Positions 1 through 10,648 of a DNA stretch of 54,732 nucleotides are shown here, piece after piece. The notes beneath the pieces are model-generated. The model saw nothing but the letters and a program-made list of their open reading frames with translations. It searched no databases and was not told the DNA's origin. The translations under genes and the position numbers were made by a program. The DNA is from a virus (Duplodnaviria > Caudoviricetes), in IMG/VR virus record IMGVR_UViG_3300025450_000037, positions 1 through 54,732 of that record. One strand, 5' to 3'. Position 1 is the stretch's first letter; the number at the start of each line of letters is the position of its first letter.

Positions 1-300
1 GGCGGAGGTGGTGGCGGTGCCACGTATGGAGGCGGAGGTGGCGGAGGTGCCACGTATGGAGGCGGAGGTGGCGGAGGTGCCACGTATGGAGGCGGAGGTG
101 GTGGCGGTGGTGTAACACCAGTATAAATAGTAGGCTGACCAGAAATAGGGAATCCACCTTGTGGGGGAACCGTATATGGAGGCGGAGGTGGTGGAGGTGC
201 CACGTATGGAGGCGGTGGAGGAGGTGGCGGATTGTATCCTACTGGCGGAGGTGGTGGCGGAGGCGTATAGCCTGGAGGCGGAGGTGGTGGTGGTGTGGTG
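1..300 (-). repeat. Polyproline coding repeat array (PPPPP[P]YVA and variants), block 2
   Basis: Tandem GC-rich 24-27 bp units such as ggcggaggtggcggaggtgccacgtatgga. Confidence 0.95.
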
Positions 301-3300
301 TATGAACCAACAACAAAATCACCTGGTATTGATGGGGACAAAGATGTACAAAAACCAAATTTTCCAGTAAATAATTTTTGTGAACTAGTATTTAAAATAT
401 TTACCTTTTGAACTAAACCAGTGATGGTATTTTTATTTGGAGATTTCCAACTTCTAGAAGCGGTTACTCCATCATCAGTTACAAAAGCATTATTTGAATT
501 TGTTTCTGGAATTTGCCAACCAGTTATTTGTATATTATTTAAATATACATCTATAATTTGACCTTGTATTTCTCCATCTGTTCCGTCAGAAAAATTTGTT
601 ACAACCTTTAAATTATATTCTTGATCTGTTGCAACAGAATATGTATAATTATTTGAAGAATTTCCTGGAACTTTTGTTAAAACTTTTTCCCATCTTGCTT
701 GAACATCTGCAACAATACCATCAACTTCAGCCATAGCTATCATTGAAGAATTTCCAGAGGACAAATTTTTTGCAGTTACAGTTATAAAATAGCTGTATTT
801 TTGAGAAGACGAAGTAGTTCCCGAATTATAACCTTGAGGAGGCGGAGGTGGTGGCGGTGCCACGTATGGAGGCGGAGGTGGAGGCGGAGTAACGGGTGGC
901 GGAGGTGGTGGCGGTGCCACGTATGGAGGCGGAGGTGGCGGAGGTGCCACGTATGGAGGCGGAGGTGGCGGAGGTGCCACGTATGGAGGCGGAGGTGGCG
1001 GAGGTGCCACGTATGGAGGCGGAGGTGGTGGAGGTGCCACGTATGGAGGCGGTGGAGGAGGTGGCGGAGTAGCGGGTGGTGGAGGTGGCGGAGGTGCCAC
1101 GTATGGAGGAGGTGGAGGTGGTGGTGTAACACCAGTATAAATAGTAGGCTGACCAGAAATAGGGAATCCACCTTGTGGGGGAACCGTATATGGAGGCGGA
1201 GGTGGTGGCGGTGCCACGTATGGAGGCGGAGGTGGTGGCGGTGCCACGTATGGAGGCGGAGGTGGAGGCGGAGTAACGGGTGGCGGAGGTGGTGGCGGAG
1301 GTGCCACGTATGGAGGCGGAGGTGGCGGAGCAACAACATAAGTATTTGTTGCTAGGGAATTTCCTACCTGTACTAATTCCACACGATATTCTGTATCTGA
1401 AGAACTAAAAAATACTCCACCAGACACAGGACTTACTGCATTTAAATCAAATTTAGCTGAATAGGTTTTGTAACCTGGATTAATAACAGAATTATTATAT
1501 ACATACTGCATGGCATTTGAATTTGGCACTGTAGCAATTTTTGATATTACTGGATTATCTGAGCTAGCTAGATTTTCCGTTATAACAGATGTTCCACCCT
1601 GAACAGAAGTTAAATTCTTTTCACTTATGTTAGATGGTATATTGTGTGTTGATGCAACTGTTCCAAACATTCCTCTTTGAACATTTCCAATTTTGCCAGT
1701 TGGAGTAATTTTAACATCTAAAGCATTTGTATTTATTGACCCATCACTTGTTACCAATTTAATTTGATGAAGTTTTATAAATTGATTAATTGCTGAAGAT
1801 AACTCTAAATCATTTTTTGGATAAACAAGCTGTGTAATTCCTGTTGATATCTGTTTTAATTCATACTCTTTGTAAATAAAAGAAACGATTTCGTTTTCAA
1901 TTGCAGCGTATCCATCAGTATTTAAAAGATATGTGTGAAATACATCAAGCAAGCTATTATTATTCATTTGGAAGAAATTATCAGACTCATTCATTGAAGT
2001 TGAAAGGTAATTTGCGCCGACAGAATCTGGATCCTTTTGAGTCCATAAAACTTCATTTGATGTTGTGTATACAAATGATGGAGATTTTTGAACAGATGGA
2101 TCAGTAGCATTTTGCAAAGCAAGAGATTGTGTAACTTTTGGTTCTTGATAGCTAATAGTAATTGCACCTGGTTTTGCTTTATTTGTTATAGAATATCCAC
2201 CTTGAATAATGCTGGCATCGTTAAATCCTACAACTGAGTCTTTGGCCCTTATAATATCTGAAAGGCTTAAAAATTTCATGATTCCAAACTCATCTATATA
2301 TGCACCTATTTGATGAGCTAAGAAAAGTTCAGATATTGCGTCATAAAGCGTAACCGATTGAGAGTTACAATAATAATAATATAGGTCCATTTCTGTATAA
2401 GAGTCATTTGTTACCCTATATAAACTGTCATAATCGTAATCTGTGAACCCCGCCAAATCTAAAACATTTGTTAAAATGTCAAAAATACTTTTATTACTTG
2501 CAACATAGTCTGGAGCTGGAAGTGTTTGTAGATAATTTACTATATCAAAACATGAAACTTTAATTGTTTGAATATCTGTTTCTGTCCATGTATCTACCCA
2601 ATAAATTCCAGCTGGTATGAATGCGTTTGGAATCTGTTCTGTACCCTGAAAATATTCTTGAAGATTCCAGTTTATGTATATCTTGATGTTTTTCTTCATC
2701 ATATTGTACAAAACTGAACCTTGGTTTTGACTAGAAAATATGGGTACTGGGGAGTTGTTATGGGTTAAGGGAATTCCAGACAAAGTAATTGAGGCATCAT
2801 TTGGGTTAATTGATGAAATTGGAATATAGTTATTTTTTGAATCAAGCTGCTTTGTTATATCAAGATCCATAACGTACGGAGTTAAATCAACTTCAATTCT
2901 TGGAGAAATTTCAATAACTTGCATTCTTGTTAAATCTGAAGCTACGTATGCACTTGAAGTATAGGATGCAAAATCTGAAGTTGGCGTAGTTGAAGTTTGA
3001 GTAACAGTTATTTTACTAAAGCTTTTTAATAAAGAAATTGTTCCATCATTATTAAATGATGGCATAGTAGACCATTTATTTTGTGACCACGTAGATCCAT
3101 TATAGTAAAGAACAACAACTCCATTTGAAGGAACCACCAGTCCTGTTGCAATCGCAGTTCCGTCCAAAAGCACATTAATTGTAGGTATACTTTGTATTGT
3201 ATTAAATTTTAAAACAATTTTGTTTGCATTAGTATTTGGTTGGTATATTCCACTTATGCTTGGGTTTGGGGTGTTTGCTGATGCATCAGAAACAAAATAT

Positions 3301-4121
3301 TTGTATGGAGCCATATCACTAGGCATCACATTTTTATACATAGGTGTTGGAGGTGTTGCTAAAGCAAAATGTGGATTTTGTGTTATTGGAGATACTGGAG
3401 GATATATTCCAGTTTTTCCATTTATAGTCTGAGTACTTATTTGTCTAAAGTTTGAAGGAAGTGATACTGAGCTATTTCCTGTTTGAACATAAGATTCTCC
3501 AGGTCTAAAGAAACCAAAAGGGCTGTCAGTTGGCCATAAAGAATCGTTTTGATAGCTGTAATAAGATATAGGAAACACTTCTGGTTGCGTATAATACACA
3601 TTAATTGGTGTTGATATTGAATTAGAATTATAAGTATTTAAATTAATGGTATATTTCATAGAAGAAATTGTGTCGGTTGGTCCCGAAGATCCAACATAAG
3701 TTACAAGCTTCATATATCCAAATGCATTAATATCAACAGTTGATGAGCCAAATTGGCTTGCAGAGCCTTTTGCATAAGCATTAGCCATTATTGGTAAATC
3801 ACTGTCAGTTTTAATATAAGTTATTATTTTATATGCTGGAGAGCTTGTTGCTGTATTGAACGTATAAGACAATGAAGTATTTGTATTAGACATTTTAAAA
3901 GATTTTGTTATTGATCCCGCCATAGCTTCTGTGGTGTTTGTAACATCTGAAACTGTTATTGAAGGATTTCCAATATTTTCTTGTACACCCGTTCCCGCTA
4001 CGGTTATGTATGGCTGACTAAATAAGTTTTGATTCCATTCAGCAGAAACTATTGGAAACAAAGTAACTGAAGATGCAGGGTTTGATCCAGTAAATACGTT
4101 TGTATATTGACTGTTTAACAT
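1..4121 (-). CDS. Large minor tail / tail-tip protein with polyproline (PPPPPYVA)n arrays; 3' end runs off the window (>1370 aa)
   Basis: Absent from the ORF track, presumably because it has no stop in the window. ATG at 4121-4119 overlaps the upstream stop (TAATG) and reads MLNSQYTNVF. I spot-checked the same frame at 1346-1323 (NTYVVAPP), 839-783 (PQGYNSGTT) and 32-3 (PPYVAPPPPP). It lies two genes after the tape measure gene. Confidence 0.85.
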   Translation of the reverse strand, partial: MLNSQYTNVFTGSNPASSVTLFPIVSAEWNQNLFSQPYITVAGTGVQENIGNPSITVSDVTNTTEAMAGSITKSFKMSNTNTSLSYTFNTATSSPAYKIITYIKTDSDLPIMANAYAKGSASQFGSSTVDINAFGYMKLVTYVGSSGPTDTISSMKYTINLNTYNSNSISTPINVYYTQPEVFPISYYSYQNDSLWPTDSPFGFFRPGESYVQTGNSSVSLPSNFRQISTQTINGKTGIYPPVSPITQNPHFALATPPTPMYKNVMPSDMAPYKYFVSDASANTPNPSISGIYQPNTNANKIVLKFNTIQSIPTINVLLDGTAIATGLVVPSNGVVVLYYNGSTWSQNKWSTMPSFNNDGTISLLKSFSKITVTQTSTTPTSDFASYTSSAYVASDLTRMQVIEISPRIEVDLTPYVMDLDITKQLDSKNNYIPISSINPNDASITLSGIPLTHNNSPVPIFSSQNQGSVLYNMMKKNIKIYINWNLQEYFQGTEQIPNAFIPAGIYWVDTWTETDIQTIKVSCFDIVNYLQTLPAPDYVASNKSIFDILTNVLDLAGFTDYDYDSLYRVTNDSYTEMDLYYYYCNSQSVTLYDAISELFLAHQIGAYIDEFGIMKFLSLSDIIRAKDSVVGFNDASIIQGGYSITNKAKPGAITISYQEPKVTQSLALQNATDPSVQKSPSFVYTTSNEVLWTQKDPDSVGANYLSTSMNESDNFFQMNNNSLLDVFHTYLLNTDGYAAIENEIVSFIYKEYELKQISTGITQLVYPKNDLELSSAINQFIKLHQIKLVTSDGSINTNALDVKITPTGKIGNVQRGMFGTVASTHNIPSNISEKNLTSVQGGTSVITENLASSDNPVISKIATVPNSNAMQYVYNNSVINPGYKTYSAKFDLNAVSPVSGGVFFSSSDTEYRVELVQVGNSLATNTYVVAPPPPPPYVAPPPPPPPPVTPPPPPPPYVAPPPPPPPYVAPPPPPPPYTVPPQGGFPISGQPTIYTGVTPPPPPPPYVAPPPPPPPATPPPPPPPPYVAPPPPPPPYVAPPPPPPPYVAPPPPPPPYVAPPPPPPPYVAPPPPPPPVTPPPPPPPYVAPPPPPPPQGYNSGTTSSSQKYSYFITVTAKNLSSGNSSMIAMAEVDGIVADVQARWEKVLTKVPGNSSNNYTYSVATDQEYNLKVVTNFSDGTDGEIQGQIIDVYLNNIQITGWQIPETNSNNAFVTDDGVTASRSWKSPNKNTITGLVQKVNILNTSSQKLFTGKFGFCTSLSPSIPGDFVVGSYTTPPPPPPPGYTPPPPPPPVGYNPPPPPPPPYVAPPPPPPPYTVPPQGGFPISGQPTIYTGVTPPPPPPPPYVAPPPPPPPYVAPPPPPPPYVAPPPPP
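837..1340 (-). repeat. Polyproline coding repeat array (PPPPP[P]YVA, PPPVTPPPP), block 1
   Basis: Tandem units, plus a ~70-bp non-repetitive segment (YTVPPQGGFPISGQPTIYTGVT) that is duplicated at about 109-180 and 1123-1194. Confidence 0.95.
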
Positions 4122-4666
4122 TATACCTCCGTAAATTCTATAGACAAATCAACGTGGTCATACCCTACTCCAGCAGTTGCAGCATTTCCACGCATTCTTT
4201 TTGTTACGTCATAAGTAAATGTTGTCATAAAAGCTTGATATACGTTCCAAGGATTTCCAGTCGTTGGGTTAACACCGCTGGGGTTTTGTTTTGAAGATGT
4301 ATAAGTTCCGTCTACAGGTAAACCATTTACTGTTGGTTGCTGCTGTGCAAATATAAACCTTACATATATTGGGTTATTATAATTACCTTCATAAAAAGCT
4401 TTTATCCAAGCGGGGCCGTGTGAAGTACCACCCGCCCCATTGTAATCAACAAGATATGGGTCGTATGTTGGAACATCTTTCCAGTCAATCTTGTGTGTAA
4501 ACTTTCTGGCAATTACATATTTTCTCATAGTTCCATTTGCCATTCTATCTGCCTGCTCAACAAGAGTATATGTAATATTTATTGGTTGGCGATTATGGTC
4601 TGTTAATGGATACCATGTTACACCATCAAGAGATACATCAACTCCTTGTGCAATTTGATATGTCAT
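4121..4666 (-). CDS. Minor tail protein (distal-tail-like)
   Basis: 181 aa, immediately after the tape measure gene and translationally coupled to it. RMANGTMRKY motif is typical of siphovirus minor tail proteins. Confidence 0.65.
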   Translation of the reverse strand: MTYQIAQGVDVSLDGVTWYPLTDHNRQPINITYTLVEQADRMANGTMRKYVIARKFTHKIDWKDVPTYDPYLVDYNGAGGTSHGPAWIKAFYEGNYNNPIYVRFIFAQQQPTVNGLPVDGTYTSSKQNPSGVNPTTGNPWNVYQAFMTTFTYDVTKRMRGNAATAGVGYDHVDLSIEFTEV

Positions 4667-7600
4667 TATTTAGCCCCCGCTTTTATTGTTGATCCCGATT
4701 TAATTTTAGATCCACCTTTTATAATTTTTGTACTTGTTGATGTTGTTGGATGAGAAGATGTTGTTGATGTTGAATCTACCGTTCCAGTAACGTTAATTAT
4801 AGTGCTTACAGTTGGTGCACCATTTGCAATACCAGCAGACACTGATTGTGCTCTTACTGTACCCAATTTTGTAGCAGCTAATATTGATGCTGGAACAACT
4901 GTTTTACTATTGCCAATCAAATCTTTAAGGTCTGACAACGCTTGATTAATTGCATCTGCATTTGGCTGCATTTTATCTATCTGATCTTGCATTTTTGCAG
5001 CAACAGATGTAGCATTAAAATCTACTTTTGCGCCAGATATTTGTTGCTTAATAGTAGCTGCTTGCAAATAGTCACCACTAATCATAGCAGTTCTTGCATC
5101 ATTTTGCAAGCCATTTATTTGTTGTTGATATTGCATTTGAGCTTTAAGTTCTTGAGAAACTTTTTGTTGTATTGAAAGTTGATCTTTAACTATTTTTAAT
5201 TGTGCATTTTGTGTAGACAACATTCCTTCAAGCTGTTTTTGCAAACCTTTTTCTTGTGCTGTTGGTACAAAAGGAGCTGGCGTTCCTCCGCCTAAGTTCC
5301 CGCCAGACTGAGGTCCAGTAAGAGAAATGTTTGCAGCATCCATAGCTTTTTTATACTCTGGAGAATTATAATAAGCGTCAACAACTTTTGTCATAGCTGC
5401 TGTAATTTGAGCACCCGTTGCGTTACCAGCAATGATACCCATTTTCTTTCCCCAAGTTACTAGGTCTGCTTGGTTCTTTACATTTAAAACTGTTTGATAT
5501 TTTGTAATTTCAGATGCAGAAAGCTTTGCTGCTGGGCCAGCAGCCTTAATCATTGATTCAATATCGTGAAGTCTTTTTATATCATCAGAAGTTCCAGTTC
5601 CAATAATTGATTGTTCTAACGCTACTAGGTTTACACCAGTGTCGTTTGCTGACTGTGACATACCCTTTATTCTTTGATCTGCTTCTGCAAAAGACAAAGA
5701 GCCGTTAGAAACTTCTGCATAAAGATTTTTCATTTGATCTGCTAAAGCTTTAGCATTTCCTTGCAGATCTTTATATGCTTTTGGAGTAAATTGTCCTGCT
5801 AGGCTCCCTGCGTCCGCTTGCTGAAAACCTTCTGGCCCATTTGCATTATCGTTTGCTTTGTTTCTACTTAAATAATCAAGAGACGATGTTGTTGCTTTTG
5901 CAGTATTAGCTTTTCCAGTCTTTTCACTAAATCCTATTGCTTTTGATACTTCTTTCCACACAGTGCCAAAATCTGAAGATCGTCCTGCTGCTTTTAACGC
6001 TGCAAAAACATAACTTTTAGAATCTTCTGGTTTTAATCCTCCAGTTGAAATTGCATTTTGTACGCTTTTTCTTATTTCTCCAGTAACGCCCGATGTTGTG
6101 TAATTTGGATCTTTTTTAATTGCTTTTACAAGGTCGCCTAACGGGTCTCCTGTAGGCAAATCTCCAATTGCTTTAACCATTGCATCAATGTGTGGCGAAA
6201 GGTTGCTTATTGCACCACCCAGATTTGAAATGCTGGAAGCTGCTGTATTTGATGTTGTAGTTAATGTTGCTGTTTCACCGACCATATTTTTTGTAGAAAT
6301 AGATGTATTTGCAACAGTGCTTCCAAATATTGATAAGTCTGCTTGAGATGTTGTTGTAGCATCAGTCCATGCTTTTGCTGCTTCTGCTGCATGCTGTTTC
6401 ATTATATTAAATACAGTCATTATGCCACCGATAGCTGCTCCAGCAGCTGCTCCATAAGGACCGAACATCATTCCCATTCCAGCGTAACTTGACATATTAT
6501 TTACTGCTTGTCCAGCAACGCTTCCTTTTGGCAAAGAGTTTCCTAGCATCTGTCCGCCCATCATCAATGCGGTTCCTATACCAGCTTTTGCTCCAGCATT
6601 CAACTTTCCATCTTCTTTTTTAAATTTGTCAGTAACTCTTTCTGTAATATTAGAAAGTTTTTGTCTTGCAGTGTCAAGTCTTGATGATATTCTTGATGAT
6701 TCTTCTTCACCCATAATTCCTGGAGCAATTTCTCCAGAATAGAAGCCTCCGTTTGCCATTCTTGGACCAATCTGAGGCGTAAGATCTGGTGTTTGGAATG
6801 AAGATAATGGAAGTTGCATTTGTTCTGCTTGAACAGCTTCATTTGCTTTTGATACAGATTCAGTCATAGTATTTTGCATTGCTGATTCTATATCTGATTG
6901 AGATTTTTCAATTTGTGTAACAACGCCATCAACTATATTTTTTGTTGCTTGCTGAGTTTCTTTTGAAGGTGAAGCAGATCTTGAAGCTTCATTAAGTCCT
7001 TCTGCAAATGATTTTTCAAATGAAGATAAAGCATTTTTTCCAGCAGTTTTACCAGCACCTGTAATATAGCTACCATCTCCTGCCATAGAAGCATTTGCAA
7101 CTCTACCATTTGCCCTAACTTGACCAACAGCACTTGTTCCATATGTTGCTTGGTCGGCAAACCTTACATTTAATCCCTCTCCCGATCCATCAAGATTTTG
7201 TCTTGTTAATACACCAGAGTCTAGCCCTTCTTTTATTGCTTTTGTTCCAGCATTTGCACGAATTTCGCCTATTGATTTTGAAGCTTTGTCAAGAGATGCG
7301 GCAAATTTACCTTCAGCACCTTCTGAATTTTTTCTTGCATCAATTTCAGACCTTACAGCTTTTTGAAGGTCTTCATCTAAAATTCCTTTTTCAAGAGTTC
7401 TTCCTTCTGCTGCTGCAGCTAATTCTTTGGCCTTTCTTTCTTGAATTACTCTTTGCTTTACAGCATCATCAAAATCTTTTGCTGCCTGGCTCATCGCTGG
7501 ATCTGACATGTCGGCACCATGTCTTCCTGCAGAAGCTACAAACTTACCAGATCCACCCTCGTCCCAACCTCTGCTAAATTCATCTATACTTGCCCCGCCT

Positions 7601-9978
7601 TTATTTGCTCTTAACTTTAAGTTAAGCAATTTTGATGTATCAGCAGTAAGATCTGGTGTAACCTTTACAGATCCATGCTTTGCTGCCCAAGCTAATGCTG
7701 GATCATTTGCAATTAAATTATCATACTCTGGTGAACCTGGCTCAAAGTTTCCTGCCATATGTGATTGATCTATATATTGTCCAGTTAAACCAGTTCGGCT
7801 TGGAACACCCATTTTACCGCCATTAAATCCTGGAATTTTCTTTCCATTTACAATTGCATTAATAACAGCTAAATTATCTTTTGTTTGTTGTGCAGTAAGA
7901 ATTGTTTCGCCATTTGAAACTCTTGCGACTATACTATCTGATGTTCCAGTTCCTGGTCCAATTATTATTCCGCCATTTGTACCACTTGCAAATCCTGGAA
8001 TAGACATTTGAGAAAATATCCCAGCTTCTACTTGTGCTGTTGCACCAACTGCTGATTTAAGTCCTTCAATTCCTGCGCCAACATTCATTTGGTCTTTCAT
8101 TATTGCAAGCTTATCTGTTAAATCAGTAATAGCTTGTGTTAAAAGTTGAACCTGGTCTACATCGCCCTTAAGTCCAGCAGCAAATAAATCTGTTGCATTT
8201 TGTGCTGCAACAATTTCTGGAGTAAACAACTGCCTCATTGTTTTACCACCACTTACTAAATCTTTAAGATTAATCACTCCCTTTAAAATATTACCGACAA
8301 AGTTAGCCATTAAACCAGTTAACATCAATATAGGTCCAGCTAGTACGGTAACTCCAGCAAATATTGCCATTAATAATTTTATTGGTCCAGGTAATCCTTG
8401 GAATAAGTTTGCTATTTTGTTTCCAAATTCAAGTACTTTTGTAGCAATTTTCATTATTTCTTGACCAACTGGGTATAAATCTGCCTTAAAAGTATTCAAT
8501 GCTTTTGTCCATTGAGCTGATGGAGAAGATGTTGCTTGAGCAATTTCTTGATTTGCAAGCTTTGCAATTTGATCGGACGATGCTGCAGCGACTGTCATAG
8601 CATTTGCAGTTTGTGAACCAACTTTTCCAAAGTTATCAATCAATGCAGAAACCCTAGAGAACTGGTATTTACCAAATAATTTTTCAATAAGTTGTTCTTT
8701 AATTAATGGGTTAAGATTTTGCAACGCTCCTTGAAGCTCTTGAATCATTTGAACGGGTCCGCCAGCATTTTTAATCTGAGCTAAGTTAATTCCGTACTTT
8801 TGAAATTCTTTTGTTGCTGCTGAGGTTGGAGCAATAATTGATGCAAAAGCAGATTTAAGTGCGTTTGCGCCTTGTGCTGCTGGAACACCAGCTTCCTTCA
8901 TTGCAAGCAACATAATAGCAGTATCTTTATAACTACCGCCCAATTGATCAATAATTGGACCAACTCTACTTTCAGCATCAACTAGGTCGTTCATAGAAAG
9001 AGAAGTTTGTTTCTGAATTGCTCCAAAATAATTTACTGCATCAGCAAGCTGTGTTGTACTTAATTTATAAACATTTTGTAAAGCAATCACTGCCGTGGTT
9101 GCAGTTTTTTGATCTAAGTTGCCTAACTTTGCAAGTCTATCTGTCTGTTCTGTCATTGTTGTAAGATCAGTTCCCATTTTACCCATTGCAGCAAAAGACG
9201 AAGCAACTTGAACAGTAAATTCTTGAGATATTCCCAAAGTTGCTGCCATATTTCTTCCTAAATCAAGAACTTGTTTAGAAATTTGATCAATTGAATTTTG
9301 GCTTGGAGGAACAAGTCCTTCTCCATAAACTTTTTGAAATTGGGTTAATGCTGTGTTTACGCTATTAAATGCAGATACTGCTTGTTGAGCAAATAAAACC
9401 ATTGGCATAGAGAGACCAACAGTTAACTGACGACCAGCCCACTGAGTATTTTTACCCCAGTTAATTAATTCATTTGCGCCTTGCCTAATTGCAATATTAT
9501 AAATATTTTGTGCATTTGCAGCTATTTTTGTAGCATTAGCAACTGCATCAATACTTTTAGGTGTAAAAACTGAATAGAAACCCTGCTTAGAGGGATCTGC
9601 CATAATTACAGAATTTTGTAACTTTGTTTGTTCTACGGCTAAAGCTTTTACTGAATCTGTAGCTGCGCCCTGCTGCTTAGTTAATATTTGATAATAACTT
9701 GTTAAACCAAGAGTTCCTTTTTGAAGTGATTGGCCAAACTTTTCTGTTTCTGTTTGAAGTTGTACAGTTTGTTTTGTAAAAGATCCACTTGCTGTTAGAG
9801 CATTACTAAATTCGTTTGATAAAGCATTTACACTTTTAGCAGCTTTATCAAATGATGCTCCCGTTGCTCCCGCTAATGAGGTGTTGAGTGCAGCAACTTG
9901 CGCTTTAAGTTTTGTTATTTGATCTGATACAGATGTAAAATCACCTAACGCAACTATATTTAATTCAATATTTGCCAT
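4666..9978 (-). CDS. Tape measure protein
   Basis: 1770 aa, Ala/Gln-rich and helical, with TP901-like core, hydrophobic segments and FASG...GPGTGTSDSI motif. It follows the tail chaperones. Confidence 0.95.
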   Translation of the reverse strand: MANIELNIVALGDFTSVSDQITKLKAQVAALNTSLAGATGASFDKAAKSVNALSNEFSNALTASGSFTKQTVQLQTETEKFGQSLQKGTLGLTSYYQILTKQQGAATDSVKALAVEQTKLQNSVIMADPSKQGFYSVFTPKSIDAVANATKIAANAQNIYNIAIRQGANELINWGKNTQWAGRQLTVGLSMPMVLFAQQAVSAFNSVNTALTQFQKVYGEGLVPPSQNSIDQISKQVLDLGRNMAATLGISQEFTVQVASSFAAMGKMGTDLTTMTEQTDRLAKLGNLDQKTATTAVIALQNVYKLSTTQLADAVNYFGAIQKQTSLSMNDLVDAESRVGPIIDQLGGSYKDTAIMLLAMKEAGVPAAQGANALKSAFASIIAPTSAATKEFQKYGINLAQIKNAGGPVQMIQELQGALQNLNPLIKEQLIEKLFGKYQFSRVSALIDNFGKVGSQTANAMTVAAASSDQIAKLANQEIAQATSSPSAQWTKALNTFKADLYPVGQEIMKIATKVLEFGNKIANLFQGLPGPIKLLMAIFAGVTVLAGPILMLTGLMANFVGNILKGVINLKDLVSGGKTMRQLFTPEIVAAQNATDLFAAGLKGDVDQVQLLTQAITDLTDKLAIMKDQMNVGAGIEGLKSAVGATAQVEAGIFSQMSIPGFASGTNGGIIIGPGTGTSDSIVARVSNGETILTAQQTKDNLAVINAIVNGKKIPGFNGGKMGVPSRTGLTGQYIDQSHMAGNFEPGSPEYDNLIANDPALAWAAKHGSVKVTPDLTADTSKLLNLKLRANKGGASIDEFSRGWDEGGSGKFVASAGRHGADMSDPAMSQAAKDFDDAVKQRVIQERKAKELAAAAEGRTLEKGILDEDLQKAVRSEIDARKNSEGAEGKFAASLDKASKSIGEIRANAGTKAIKEGLDSGVLTRQNLDGSGEGLNVRFADQATYGTSAVGQVRANGRVANASMAGDGSYITGAGKTAGKNALSSFEKSFAEGLNEASRSASPSKETQQATKNIVDGVVTQIEKSQSDIESAMQNTMTESVSKANEAVQAEQMQLPLSSFQTPDLTPQIGPRMANGGFYSGEIAPGIMGEEESSRISSRLDTARQKLSNITERVTDKFKKEDGKLNAGAKAGIGTALMMGGQMLGNSLPKGSVAGQAVNNMSSYAGMGMMFGPYGAAAGAAIGGIMTVFNIMKQHAAEAAKAWTDATTTSQADLSIFGSTVANTSISTKNMVGETATLTTTSNTAASSISNLGGAISNLSPHIDAMVKAIGDLPTGDPLGDLVKAIKKDPNYTTSGVTGEIRKSVQNAISTGGLKPEDSKSYVFAALKAAGRSSDFGTVWKEVSKAIGFSEKTGKANTAKATTSSLDYLSRNKANDNANGPEGFQQADAGSLAGQFTPKAYKDLQGNAKALADQMKNLYAEVSNGSLSFAEADQRIKGMSQSANDTGVNLVALEQSIIGTGTSDDIKRLHDIESMIKAAGPAAKLSASEITKYQTVLNVKNQADLVTWGKKMGIIAGNATGAQITAAMTKVVDAYYNSPEYKKAMDAANISLTGPQSGGNLGGGTPAPFVPTAQEKGLQKQLEGMLSTQNAQLKIVKDQLSIQQKVSQELKAQMQYQQQINGLQNDARTAMISGDYLQAATIKQQISGAKVDFNATSVAAKMQDQIDKMQPNADAINQALSDLKDLIGNSKTVVPASILAATKLGTVRAQSVSAGIANGAPTVSTIINVTGTVDSTSTTSSHPTTSTSTKIIKGGSKIKSGSTIKAGAK

Positions 9979-10298
9979 TACTCTTCACCTCCTATAGACA
10001 TAAATCCTAAGCCCTGACCTATACCGAAACCTTCTTGGTTTGCTGCATATCCTTTTAGATCAGCAATATCCAAAACTGCCACTTCCTCTTCTAGTTCAAC
10101 ACCCTGAAGTGCTGCACTAAACTTTTTATCTTCACGATCTTTTTTTCTTGAGTAATCTAACAAAGCTGTTAGTTCATCAAGAGAAAGTGAAGATTCTAAC
10201 TCGTCAAAGTTTTTCCAATGACCGAGCAAGAAAGCTTCAGACTCTAAGGAGCGTAGATCTAGTTCGTCCCAACTAGAGCCGCTCCCAGAAGGTTTGGG
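9978..10298 (-). CDS. Tail assembly chaperone, frameshifted C-terminal (GT-like) part
   Basis: The ORF-track 83-aa frame stays open upstream to the slippery site (PKPSGSGSSWDELDLRSLESEAFLLGHW), in the -1 frame relative to 10259..10594. Confidence 0.75.
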   Translation of the reverse strand, partial: PKPSGSGSSWDELDLRSLESEAFLLGHWKNFDELESSLSLDELTALLDYSRKKDREDKKFSAALQGVELEEEVAVLDIADLKGYAANQEGFGIGQGLGFMSIGGEE

Positions 10299-10594
10299 TC
10301 TGTTAGTTTCAGACCGCCGACAACCTCAAGGATTTTCATCATTGTAGGAGTTTCAATGATTTCTTCAAACTTATCTTGATCTTCTGCAAGATCTGGTCTT
10401 GTAGATTTTAAGCAAATCATAGCTGCTTTAATAAAAATTTCCATTGCTGCATCGGCAGAACCATCTTCTACATCCTGCATAGCATTAATTATTTCCATAA
10501 ATTTTCTTAATTGTTTAATAGGCAGAGGTTTAAGCTCGATAGTTGATCCATCGCTTAATTCAATATCTAGTACATCATATACTGTTGTTGCCAA
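10259..10594 (-). CDS. Tail assembly chaperone (G-like)
   Basis: 111 aa between major tail and tape measure genes. TTG start with AGGAG RBS. Confidence 0.8.
   Translation of the reverse strand: MATTVYDVLDIELSDGSTIELKPLPIKQLRKFMEIINAMQDVEDGSADAAMEIFIKAAMICLKSTRPDLAEDQDKFEEIIETPTMMKILEVVGGLKLTDPNLLGAALVGTN
10292..10298 (-). other. -1 programmed ribosomal frameshift heptamer C CCA AAC
   Basis: X XXY YYZ heptamer in the correct phase (GAC CCA AAC). A -1 slip joins the two chaperone ORFs. Confidence 0.75.
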
Positions 10595-10648
10595 TTTATA
10601 GCTCCTTTGTGTTAGTTAAATTATACCAATATTATAAGGTAATACAAA

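Noticed and set aside
1-1340. Possible CRISPR array in the GC-rich repeats (also 26442-26657)
   Set aside because: Repeats are tandem, have no unique spacers, are in-frame coding, and no cas genes are present.
161-1355. ORF-track proteins 161..370 (+), 782..1339 (-, His/Arg-rich) and 801..1355 (+, Arg/Trp-rich)
   Set aside because: These are alternative-frame shadows of the polyproline repeats. The real frame is the long minus-strand ORF starting at 4121.
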